Positions 24,612 to 35,769 of a stretch of 64,000 nucleotides of DNA are shown piece after piece. Within the stretch, counting starts at the first letter, position 1. Each line of letters starts with the position of its first letter. The stretch lies in contig JBHGNT010000010.1 in assembly GCA_043228905.1 (NCBI GenBank), positions 15,376,001 through 15,440,000 on the forward strand, written 5' to 3'. The stretch is from Azolla caroliniana (lineage: Eukaryota; Plantae; Polypodiophyta). The position numbers and the translations under genes were made by a program. The notes below the pieces were generated by a model, which saw only the letters and a list, made by a program, of their open reading frames with translations, searched no databases and was not told the DNA's origin.

Positions 24612-25844
24612 ATGCAGATGTTTATTGATCTCTGTGGCCAAGGAACAGTGTCTGCGCACATTGATGATCCGACCTCTACCACATTCAAAGATCTCCGAAC
24701 CTCTCTTCTGCAGATCTCTCCATCACAAAGCTCTTCCTATTACTTCTCATACCGTGGTAAGATTCTTCCGGACTCTGACATTATTGCATCACATAATCTC
24801 TGTAGCTATGGAACACTACATATTGGGGTTAGGTTGCGTGGGGGTGGAGGTGATGGTGGTGCTACAGGAGCAGAATCTCGCGATTGTTATCTTAACATGT
24901 ATGCTGTAAAGAAACCTGATAAAGTTGATCCCAATGAAGCTAGGATAGCTAAATGGACACGATGCACCCTCTCGTCAGAGCCTCTGAAACCTCCATTTGT
25001 TGTTGATTTTCTTGGGAATCTGTACAACAAAGAAGCTCTCGTGTCTGGTTTGCTCTCTAAGAGCTTGCCTAAAGAGATTAGGTATATTAAAGGGTTGAAA
25101 GACATGGTCACGATCCACCTTGGTTTGATTCCTGGTGCTAATGAAGATGATGAAACAAGGTTTCAGTGTCCAATTAGTGGTCTTGAATTCAATGGGAAGT
25201 ATAAGTTTTTCGCTCTTCGTGGATGTGGTCATGTGCTTAGTGCAAGAGCTTTGAAGGAGTTGCAGTCTTCTTCTTGTTTGGTTTGTTCTAAGCCTTTTGT
25301 GGAGAATGATAAAATTGTGATCAATGGCAACGAAGAAGAAGTGACTGCACTTCGGCAAAGAATGGAAGAAGAGGAGGCGATGAAGTACCGTGAAAAGAAA
25401 GAGAAAAAGGAAAAGAAAGGGAAAATAACCGAAAAAGCTACGATTCAATTGAATGAAGAAGTTGAAGTGATGAAGGATTGGGAAATGAAGGAAAAGAATG
25501 GGAAAACAGGTGAGACGAAGGGAGGTGTTAGTGGTTCTTTGCATGATGATGAGATAATCAATACTGGTCTAGAAAGCAGAAGAAATGAAGAAAATCTCAT
25601 TGTAAGACATGAGAAGGGTAGTGTTAAAAGGAAAGGATCCAACACAAGCAAGTCTATGGTTGTTACCGACGAAAAACCCAGAAGCCAGAAAGCTTCTCAA
25701 GCATCATCCAAGAAGTTCAAGGCGATGGATGTTATGCCTCCTAATGCAACAAAAGAAGTGTATGCTTCAATATTCTCGTCTTCAAGTAAGTCGAAAATAA
25801 AGGAAACTTACATGTGTAGGGCTCTTCCAATCGGAAGAAACTAG
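24612..25844 (+). CDS. RTF2: Replication termination factor 2 (Rtf2 RING-like domain) with N-terminal ubiquitin-like fold; intronless, 410 aa
   Basis: LRGGGGDGGATGAESRDCYLNMY..KKPDKVDPNE, C.LS.EPL..P..VD.LG.LYNKE, FQCPISGLEFNGKYKF..LRGCGHV.S..AL, CLVC and terminal YASIF..ETYMCRALPIGRN match plant RTF2. Confidence 0.95.
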   Translation: MQMFIDLCGQGTVSAHIDDPTSTTFKDLRTSLLQISPSQSSSYYFSYRGKILPDSDIIASHNLCSYGTLHIGVRLRGGGGDGGATGAESRDCYLNMYAVKKPDKVDPNEARIAKWTRCTLSSEPLKPPFVVDFLGNLYNKEALVSGLLSKSLPKEIRYIKGLKDMVTIHLGLIPGANEDDETRFQCPISGLEFNGKYKFFALRGCGHVLSARALKELQSSSCLVCSKPFVENDKIVINGNEEEVTALRQRMEEEEAMKYREKKEKKEKKGKITEKATIQLNEEVEVMKDWEMKEKNGKTGETKGGVSGSLHDDEIINTGLESRRNEENLIVRHEKGSVKRKGSNTSKSMVVTDEKPRSQKASQASSKKFKAMDVMPPNATKEVYASIFSSSSKSKIKETYMCRALPIGRN

Positions 25845-28279
25845 TATCCTTATTGGTTTTGAAGATGTACTATGTATACTCCATGTGAAAAACTTTTTAA
25901 GCAGAACAAAGTATGTATTGTGTATCAAGTCATCTTTCATTTCGTTGAATAGTTATAACCCACTGGAAATGTTGTTCTGCTTTATAATTCTCATACAAGC
26001 TAGTTAGAATATTTGAAGGTGAACTCAGATTCCTGCTTTATAATTTAGTTGTCACAAATGGCAATCTAACTGCCCTTAAGAAAAAAAGAGATGTGCATGT
26101 GTACTGCTAAAATATCATCCATATTGTATATGAACACTAATGAGGACATGCATGCATTCAAACGTGCATGTATTAGCTTAGCTTGCCTTTGCCATTATAT
26201 TTGTTTCGCGAAGTTCGGCTTATCAAATTGTTTGTCATCTGTATTCAGATTTGAATCAATGCTTTTGGATTGGCATTTTATTGCTAAATCCTCATTGTGA
26301 CATAAAAGAAAGTCATTATGTTCTTGTGGTTTTTAAGCCATAGGTAAACTCCCTTGCATGCGTTAAACTATGATTGAATCTTCTTTATGAGGGAATAAAA
26401 AAATGTAGATGTATTACTAAAGGCATACTTATGACTAATGTATGAAACACAAATGAAGGTGTCCATCCATTTAAACAAACTTGCATGCATTCACAATAGA
26501 AAATGCCATGAAGTTCAAAATTAAAATATCAGTAATGAAAGTTTGTTAATATATTTTGTTGAGTGTATAAAGATTCATTTATGCTTCATGGATTTTGATT
26601 AAGTTTTCGCAAGGTATCCATTAAAGAAAACATGGAAAGTAGGAGTAAGGATTCAAAGCAATTATGCTCTAAATTTCCATGGGAACTTATTCCCTTTAAT
26701 TAGGATCAAACCACTATTCTTAAATGCAGATCTGTTTAGTTTTCCACTTCTTTTTTGAGTGCTCATTATTTCCCTTAACCTTCAACTTTTGCTCTAAATA
26801 GATGTTCTTCCTTACTTTTGACTGGTTTAGTGACACAATTCTTCGCAAGGTCTTTGTAGCTTTGTGCATTCGTAATGAAATTTTAGTTTTTCTTCTGGTT
26901 TAGTTAGAAGTCATCTTCACTCTTTTTAAAATCATTTTGCTGATTAATTGTGAAATCTAGTGTCTTGAGTTACAAACAACTTCAAATCTTTATGTCAATT
27001 TTATTGATGAAGGTGCTTAAATTTGTCACATTTACATGCTATTTTAAATCATGGAATAATTTAAGGTTCATGTCATTTGATACCTTTGGGAAGTTGTTTG
27101 ATGAAATAGAGAAATCAACACTAATCCTTCATCATCTTGCAAAATCACGTGAGTGAGAACGTTTAAATTTCATTCCTTGGTTCTTAGTTACAAGAAGTTT
27201 TGTATGTGATGAAATGTGGAAGATCATTCTTTTTTGTGGTTGATTGATAAAGAAGACACTCGACTAATAGTACCTTATATTGATACGTGTTTCATAGTCC
27301 TTGGTAGTCATGAAATTAAAAGCCAATATAACATGCTATCAACTTGCTTGGGACATTGTAAAGTGGCATACAAATTATGCAAAGAATGTTGAGTATTGTC
27401 AATTATTTGTTTTTACATGGTAAAAAATGAAGTCATTCATGGAAATCTCAATATCCTAGGTTTGAGGAGGATACACAAACTCAAGAGTGAATACACAAAA
27501 CATCACATAGGGGTGAAATGGTATGTGATGGTAAGCAATATCATGCTTTGAGATGAGCAATATGAATAACTTGGTTTTGGCTCCTGTTAATTTAGTTTGA
27601 ATCAACATGAAACATAGTTAAAAAAGTGAAGGACATAGTCTATCAATACATATTGATACACTGGAGTTGTGTTTCCAATTGGAATTTGTGGAAAATCCTA
27701 TTTTTCTTAATAACATTTAGTTGAAGACATTTCAGTCCCAAATATGACATTTCCATGTAGTAATGGCCACCATGTTGCGCTAGATACAACAAATAAATAG
27801 AGAAAAACGTATTTAATACTTTATTGATCATAATTGAACTCGCCTAGATATGTGTAAATTCAGCTATATGTGTAGGATCATCTTTCGATGTCTTTACCTA
27901 AGGCTTTTTCTTATTCAACTATTCTTCTTGAGAACCACCTCAAGGTCGGCATGCAAGGAAGTACTACCACTACCCTCTTGTTGATGAAATGGATGCTAGA
28001 GAGTGTCAATAACTTTGGAGCTACTAATTTGTAGGCTAATTACAAAGCAAACTCTTATCTTACTCCGAGACTTACGTGCACAAAATTAGACCTTACCACT
28101 AATCATTAAAAAAACCTTTTCCATGTTTTCACGCACTCAATAGATGAATAGACAAGAAATCATCAACATGATCCAACTTCAATTAGTTGGTTCAACATAA
28201 TTCCACGATTTAATGATTAAAATATTGGGTGTATGCTTATAAGTTATAATTAAGGAAATGGTTAGAGAGAGAGTGAGAG

Positions 28280-31200
28280 AGATGGTCATGGATTATTCAC
28301 AAAACACTCATCAAGAATTGATTATGGTGCAATTAGATTTGGAGAAAGCTTATGATCATGTTAATCGGTCCGTTGTTTCTAGATTAATGCATAAAATGGG
28401 CTTTGGACCATGCATGTCTGGCCTCATATTTTTATAGGAAAATTATGTGACGTCTCGAGTAATGCTTAATGGGGGAGTTACATCAGATATTTGGCCTCAC
28501 AACATTTGTTCGTCAAGGATGCCCACTTAGCCCATTGTTGTTTGCTATTGTTACTCATCCCTTGTTAGTGATATTATCAAGGCTTGCAACAAATGGTGAC
28601 ATTGTGTGTCTACACCTTTCGTCTGGAGGGCAACTAGTAGCACAAGCTTTAGTAGATGATTCTTTCATGTTCCTACAAGCCTCATGAGAGAATCTTGAGA
28701 AGGGGATGTTTGTATGCAACCAATTTGCATGGCTTTCAGATTATATATTAATTGAAGGAAGTTTAGTCTCATGTCATGTACTGCAAGCGATTTGGAATGT
28801 TTAGGATGACAAGGATCCATGGTAAAGAAAGGCCCTATTTTTTGACACTTAGGGTATCCATTGGGAATGAACGTTATAGATGGTCAATTGATGGAATGGA
28901 TGTCTAGAAAGTTAAGGGATAAGTTCATGTATTGGAAGTGACAATCTTGACCATTTCATGTATGCTTGAAAGTTGTACAATGTATTATGGAACCAATGAT
29001 ATTATGTTACTTGCCATTGTTGGCATGGACAAAGAAAACTTTGCATTCTGTTTTGCGACCTATTCGATATTTGTTGTGGAAGAAGAGGGATAAGATGGGA
29101 AACACATGGATTGCATGGAATCATCTAGGAACCCCTAAGTGCTTGGGGAGAGTTAGAATATTGGACTTATCTATGCATATGATGGCTCATAGATTTTCAT
29201 TATTATAAGACATGTGTTTAGATTCACACCATGGATATCTATTGTTCAATAATTCATTGAGAACAAGGGTTTAACACATGGGAGGACAATGATTAAGGCT
29301 TCATGGGGGAAATTACTGAATGGATGTATTTCACTTAATATTTTGGGCTCTTCATATGTTCAACACTTGGTTATCTCATGGCAAGAAGCCCTCTTGTTAT
29401 GTGTATGGAAACTATCACATAGTAGAGAGCATTGTACTTTTTTGTAAAAAGAATTACTTGTGACTTCTTGGGTATTATGTTGGCCAGGAAAGGAGAGATT
29501 GTGCTCTCAGTTTAACCGTTTGTTTTGTTTGGGGGTCAAAGAGATGGGAGATATAGTTGAGGATCCATCTCAAAGAACTTTTGAGTTTGTCAAAGTGGGG
29601 CAATTATTATGCATCCCGCCTAATTATGGGTTTATCTAGCAAGAACTAAGAAATATTGCATTGATGCAAGGTTCTTTACCTCTACAAATAGGAGAACAAT
29701 CGTGGATTGATTGATATTTATGGGGTCAAATGCCGTTGTTACAAGTGAGTACTAACCTTTTGTATCATTGCTCCGTTGAGTCTCTTGGATGGCTATTGTT
29801 GCTCCCTCCTTTCATGTCGCTATACGACCATGCGAAAACATCTTTATAATTGGAGAGCAAGCTTACTAAAGCCGAACACTCGCCGTGTGCGAGTTCTTTC
29901 GCTATTTTCAACAGCCATGGGTCCTCACTTGTGCCAAGGTTGATTTCCTTGAGTGTTGACGCTTTCACTCGTTGTGATATTGCCAATTCTTGTTTGAGAG
30001 CTTCGTGGGCATGCCGTAGTTCTTCCACCGATTTTGGGTTAGGCTCTCGACCGACATCCTGATCCCCCTCTGTTGGTTCAGAGACACAAGGGTTGACCGC
30101 TTCCACAATGTTGATGTCAAATAGAGGTACAATCTTCTGGTGATCCTCGAGGAAGTTGTCGACTTCGTCATGTGCTAATCCATCTAGCATATGGACACCT
30201 TCGACATACAAAGGGGTGGCGTCCTTTGGTGTGGGGACTCATTCTTCCATGGTGACATCGGAATGATATCATGTTGCATTGCCAATGTTGTTTGATATTC
30301 ACGGTGCGTAACCATGGGCGGCCCAACAACATGGGGTAGGCATGGGAGTTTCCTGTTGTAAAAACCACTGTCTAGATTGTGAAGATGTGGCCTCTGAGGA
30401 CAAAATCGAGTTTCTAAATAAGGTCGCGAGGTTGGATGGAATGGGTGTCCGCCATATGCAACCAAAATGGGCAAGGTCCCCATTGTGTAAGGTCGAGGGA
30501 TCTGCAGGTTGTCTCGCTAAGTACGTTGACTCCAGACCCGCCATCAATTTTGCAACCGCTTACCTCACGCCCTTTGATTATTAGCTTTACATCGGGGTTT
30601 TGTGTGTCCATTACTGGCGGACCATTGCTTGATTCGGCAAGGTGTACCGACATGTTTGGTTGTTCCTTGCTGGTGGTCAAGGATACAACCGTGTCCTTGA
30701 AGCGTGGAAGTAAGTGCAACACCTTGCTAAGGGGCATTGATATCTAGCAATCGGTGAGCGCTTGCCAGGTTGGATCCTTGTCGGAAAGTTCGGTGGGTGC
30801 CCATGGTGATTTCTTGCATTTCTCAATGCATTCGGCCGACGTTCGCGTTGTTGGCTTTTTCGATCCATTCTTGGGTAGCTTGTCGAACCTCATCCTGCAC
30901 CTCCCATTGTGTCTGCTGACATTCTTGGCGAGGGCTCGATCGACAACTTGCTCAATTGTTTGTTGAGAGAAGTTGAAGAGAGCTAAAATTGGTCGAAGGG
31001 GATCATGTAGGCCCGCAAGGAAAGTGTCTTTCAGGTGGTTAGTCGAGACGTCATGAGCTAGCTGACGATAGAGGGCTTGAAATCAAATCGAAAATTATGG
31101 GATTGTCTCGTGAGGCACTTGTGCGATAGCGTAGAACTGGCGGAGTAGTTCCTGCTTGGGTATCTCCCGATGGAACAGACGGAGGAAGCGATCTCAGATG

Positions 31201-32455
31201 TCTTGAAAGGAAGTAAACTCCCCCAAATCGTGTTGGGAGTACCAACGCCCTACTGGCCCATCGAGGGATAACCCGAACTTTGTGATTTTTGATGTTTCGG
31301 TCTTGGCAATGGCCAATCGTTGTGTCGCATGGTTTGCTTTCCATGTGGACAAGAAAGATCTAACATGTGCCTCCACATAAACGCCATCTGTGTATCTCGG
31401 ATATGGATACAACATCGTGTCGAAGTCGGGGTCTTCTAGTAGCACCGGTAAGAGGTTGTCTTCGGTTTGGTCAACTCTGGAGGTGTTGCTAGGCAAGGCA
31501 GGGTCGGAACTTGCGGCGGTGATTGCTCTATGAGACTTGAGTCGGTAGTGCTATTAGCTTGTTCGACACTTTAGGACATTAGCCAAGTGCATGTGCCTCG
31601 GGGCGCCGTTATGGCGGCTTGGTGTTACTCCTACACGTTGTTCGTTGTGGCCTCACAACATGAACCGGGCGTGCCAAATTGTGTTGCTCCCTCCTGGAGA
31701 ACACGTTCGATTACTCCTCCTAAGTAATCGGGTCAAGGAATGTGGTGTGTAGAGACATAGACCCCGAGCCTAATCAGAGTGTTCTCGATTGCGAGAAGTT
31801 CACTCTGTAGAATCAACTACAACCGATTCAGATCGAATGTAGATAGATAGAAATAGATTTAATTGAGACAGACACAATGATTGCCCACAAGGTAAAATAG
31901 ATCCTCGATTATAATAGCATACAATGCAATGTCATTACAGTACTGAGTAAAATTGGTATAGTTCTCACTCGTTTTCTAATCTAAGCTTAGTGCTCTTAGC
32001 TATATTCCTCTTCTAGGTTATGATCTCTCTTATTATCCTCTATTCTTCCATCCCCTATGTGTTCGCCACTTCCTCGATTATATAGCTTTCCCTTGACTCA
32101 ACGCTTTCCCAACTACTCCCTTGATATTCGGCTTCTACATTCAGCTGTTTGAATTCAGCTTCTTTTGGTCCTTTCACATTCGTCCTTGTGTCCTTTTCAT
32201 ACTTGTCCTTCGCAATCCTTTTACACTTTGTCCCTACGGTCCCACCGGGTAGCAACTATCATCTAAGGTTGAAGAAGAATGGAAAATACACAAATATGAT
32301 CGTGGGTGGTAGCGTATCTTAAAATGTAGTTGGCATTCTAAATTGCCAATTGTAACAAAGGTCTTCATTTGGAGAATTTTGATTGGAGGATTGCCTCTTG
32401 GATTAGCTCTAAAATATCATGGACTAGCAATGGGCAATTGCTTCTTTTGCACATA
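28280..32455 (+). mobile_element. Degenerate L1 ORF2 fragment (RT to zf-RVT), split by a Gypsy insertion at 29797..32254
   Basis: LDLEKAYDHVN (~28333), RQGCPLSPLLF and ALVDDS (28469-28687), LGYPLG, W..LGTPKCLG; resumes after 32260 with WHSKLP..KVFIWRILIGGLPLG..CFFC. Removing the insert restores ESLGWLSSKVEEEWK. Confidence 0.85.
29797..32254 (-). mobile_element. Ty3/Gypsy (Tat/Ogre-like) LTR retrotransposon remnant: 5' LTR, gag and protease, deleted from the start of RT
   Basis: LTR ~31682..32254; PBS TGGCACGCCC (tRNA-Arg-like) at 31667-31676; gag (31194-31496); protease KIDGGSGVNVL (30414-30737); MLLGRPWL; pre-RT YKDVFAWSYSDMKG; 13-bp LTR terminus TGTTGCTCCCTCC at 29797; TSD GCTAT/ACTAT. Confidence 0.85.
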
Positions 32456-33934
32456 TTTTCCTTGTAGAATATGTATTCTAAGTATTTTTAAAAAAAGGTA
32501 GAATGTTTAGCATATATAGTATATGCTAACTATTCTACAAAAATGGGACTATTAGAAAAATACAATCCAACAATTCATTACCACCTTGATTAGCTTTAAA
32601 ATCCCATTTAATGTTCAATAGCTATTGACTAATTTTCTAAGAGCCCTAGAACTTCTTCGAACTCCCTTTCATAAATTAGGCGTTGAGGTTGCATCATGAC
32701 GTTATCACCCAAGTATGTTGATATGCAATGAAAACGTAGTGGAGGATGAATTCACTTCTCGCAAGCTCAACAAATAAGGCAAATCACGAGAAGTATCATG
32801 ACTTTTTTTTGCAAAAAAGAATTTATGTCCTTCTATACACAACTTTAGTCCCCTTATCGTGTAGTCCTTGCCTAAATTATCCTATCATCCTCAGCTACTA
32901 TATACCCTGTGTTGATTGTACAAAATCTCGCCACCCTATGTCTACTTACATTTGGGCAACATATCATATTTATCTTACACTTTCACATGTCTCTATATTT
33001 ATTTTTGAGTTATCCACCCACTTCTGTATGTATCTCATCGTATCATGACTTCATAGACGGCCATGATAATTTCTGTCATACTCAAATCTCTACCAAGAAA
33101 AATGAATGCTTATGTTTGTGCACTATTTTTACACCAGGAGTTTTATCCACCATCTTAGGAAGGAGTCACTGCAAGGTGATATATTTATTTGGTGCCTTCT
33201 TGGGCAATAAAATATTATTCTAATGACATAATGAGCACCTAATCCGTAAAAAATAGTTACATTTATTCATGTCTACCAAACTTGCACTATTCACATCAAT
33301 GAAGTGATTAGGGAACTAACTAATTAGGCATGGTTGACATTATCAAAATATACTACAAATCTCCTCTTGACACAATGTTTGACCTTGAGATTAACAATTG
33401 GCAACGGTTCGGTTTGAATCGAACCGAACCGCGAAACCACGGTTTAACGGTTTCAACAGTTCGGTTTAGTTCAGGTTTAGGTTTTTCTAAATGGTTCAGT
33501 TTGGTTTAAACAGTAAAAAAACCACGGTTTAAATAGTAACGGTGTCGTGAAGATTTTCGGCAATAGTGTGAAAATCCCATAAAACGTACGAAATCGAGTA
33601 TGAATCACATAATACAATAATTGTGAAGAAAACATTTTTAATATCTAAGTACAAAATGATGGAGGTTTCGAATGCACTTTATTACACGAGAAATGGACAA
33701 CTAAATGTCAAGATATGAGGGTATAAAGTTTGTGAAAAGAAAAGAGAAATTTGTGAGATATCCCACATAGGCACGACAAATACGGCTCTCATCATATATA
33801 AGGTGGAGCAAAAAATATTATCTTTGTGTCTATGTGTGGAGCATAGAGAGTTCAAGGTAACTTGAACTTAGAGTGGAGGTGGCTAGCTACTCAAAAAGGG
33901 TTTTGGCCAACCAAAACCGGACCGACGATGGAGT

Positions 33935-34072
33935 CGGTGATCCGACGGCATCCGACCGCAATCCGGCGGCGGCATGCGGCACCGGCATCCGGCGAGGCAC
34001 CGGTATCCGGCGACGGCGTCAGCATCCGGCGGCGGCACCTGTATCCGACGGCGACATCCGGCGAACCGGCGA
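33935..34072. repeat. GC-rich minisatellite (GGC(A)TCCGGCG(A/G)C variants) inside the hAT element
   Basis: Repeated ATCCGGCG/ATCCGACG cores forming a CpG-rich island in AT-rich flanks. Confidence 0.85.
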
Positions 34073-34123
34073 CTAGATAAAATAAATATATAAATATATA
34101 TACATATTTACATATACAAGGAG

Positions 34124-34195
34124 GGCAAGTGTGAATTCGAACCTTGCACCTCCAAGTTAAGAGTCAAATGGCTTACCATTAAGCCATAGTATTTA
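34124..34195 (-). pseudogene. tRNA-derived relic (tRNA-Lys(CTT)-like pseudo-tRNA or SINE head)
   Basis: Minus strand reads TGGCTTAATGGTAAGCCA (A-box/D-arm), GACTCTTAA (anticodon loop), GGTTCGAAT (B-box) at tRNA-like spacing. Acceptor and T stems do not pair. Confidence 0.55.
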
Positions 34196-35089
34196 GTTGA
34201 AATTATATTTCTATCATTGTAGTTTTACATGTAAATTCTCATCCATGAGTGCTAAAATGAGTGACATGGTTAGCATACACCACATGTAATACTTAAGCGC
34301 CAAATGGCAAACATGCAATTTATGCATGTCTTGTACCCTCACATGCATCATATGCATGAGAGCATCTATAAAAGAGGGAAGGGAGAGGAGAAAAACATGG
34401 TTTTTTTTATGAAAATTAAGAAGAAGAAATTCGTTATCAAATCAATCGTGTGATCTCATCTTCTCTCTTTCCCAATCTATCTTAAGTACTTTCTCGCCAA
34501 AGCTTGTATCGACTCTAAATCCTTCTGGTCCAGAACCCCGGTGGTTCCGCCTCACGATCCGCGCGTAGTGACGGATCTTCACGACAACGGTTTCTATTTT
34601 TTAATTTGTTTTGAATTTTTTTAAAAAATTCTAAAATTATAAAAAAAATTCTAAAAAATTCTAAAAATTGTTTTTTAACAAGCTTTTCATTTTTACACCT
34701 TATTCTCACATTTTAGGAACATCTTAAAAATTCTAAAAATTCTAAATAATGAAATATTATAAATTTTAAAAAATTAAAAATTTAACATATGTTGAAAGCC
34801 GAAACTGAACCATGAAACCGCAGTTTTTACGGTTTAATGGTTTAACAGATTGAAAAATGTTTAACGGTTTCACAGTTTGGTTTAGGTTTCAAAATGTTTT
34901 AACGGTTCGGTTTGGTCCCTCTCAAACCGAACCGAACCGTTGTCGATTGTTACTTGAGATGGGCATTTAGTTTATGTCAATGTATTAGTCTATAGTTGTG
35001 TTAGAGCCACTCTTGTAGTTAACGAAATCACTAAGTAGAAGTATGTTAAGTATTCGTTGGATGCCTCACCTCTAATGCTACATAAAAAG

Positions 35090-35574
35090 TGCGGATCGGC
35101 AATGGTTCGGTTTAGGCTTAACCGGTTTGGCCTTGGTTAAGCCTAAACCGTTTTCGGGTTCTCAAACTTGAACCAAACCAAACCAAAACGATCCCTAAAC
35201 TAGTTTAAGCTAAACCGGTTTGTGAATCGGCTTGGGAATTGGCTTGGAAACCGGTTTTGAAACCTCCTCTCCCTACCTCCCTCTCCCTCTCCCTCCCTCT
35301 CTCCCTCCCTCCCTCTACCTCAGTGTGTAGTCTCCCTCTCTCCCTCTCTCCCCCCCTCTCTCTCAAGTTTCTAACTAATTTCTAACTTTTGAAGTTTTTC
35401 TTTAACCTAACTAGTAAACCACATAAATGGCTTTACAGGTTTGGCAAGGATCAAGCCAAGTCGAACCGAGTTCAAACCGTTTAGTCAAGCTCAAGCATGA
35501 GCCGAGCCACTAAACCGTTTAAAATTGGTTTAACTCAACGGTTTAGGCTTGAGCCGAGCCGTTGCCGATCCCTA
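35090..35574. mobile_element. hAT-type MITE
   Basis: Ends TGCGGATCGGCAATGGTTCGG and CCGAGCCGTTGCCGATCCCTA are inverted copies; imperfect 8-bp TSD ATAAAAAG/ATACAAGG; AACCG motifs; internal CT-rich tract at 35265-35365. Confidence 0.8.
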
Positions 35575-35769
35575 ATACAAGGATAAATTGAAGATTCCTT
35601 AGAGAGAGAGCCTTTTTAACCTTTATACCCACCTAAGTGTTAAACAGACATTGTTGTAATAAAGTTAAATAAGTAGAAACTATAAACTTTTTGTAAGTTA
35701 TCTCCTCATTTGATAACCTCATAGAGTTAAATCTTAACATGCCTCCCCTCTCTCTCATGAAAAAACACA

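Larger units (their letters stand above)
33392..34952. mobile_element. Non-autonomous hAT-type DNA transposon
   Basis: Imperfect TIR TAACAAT(T/C)G(G/A)CAACGGTTCGGTT; perfect 8-bp TSD CTTGAGAT (33384-33391, 34953-34960); AACCG-rich subtermini. Confidence 0.92.

Noticed and set aside
24004-24688. Several overlapping 70-166 aa ORFs upstream of RTF2
   Set aside because: Low-complexity (AT)n, (AGAGC)n and purine-rich leader sequence with no recognisable domain.
26840-27830. Possible transposase remnant
   Set aside because: Only vague coding-like patches with many stops; no diagnostic motif or termini.
33862-34080. GC-rich ORFs of 67-72 aa
   Set aside because: Derived from a minisatellite; open frames reflect a lack of stop codons in GC-rich repeats.
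34124-34195. Functional tRNA gene
   Set aside because: Acceptor and T stems do not pair; kept only as a relic.
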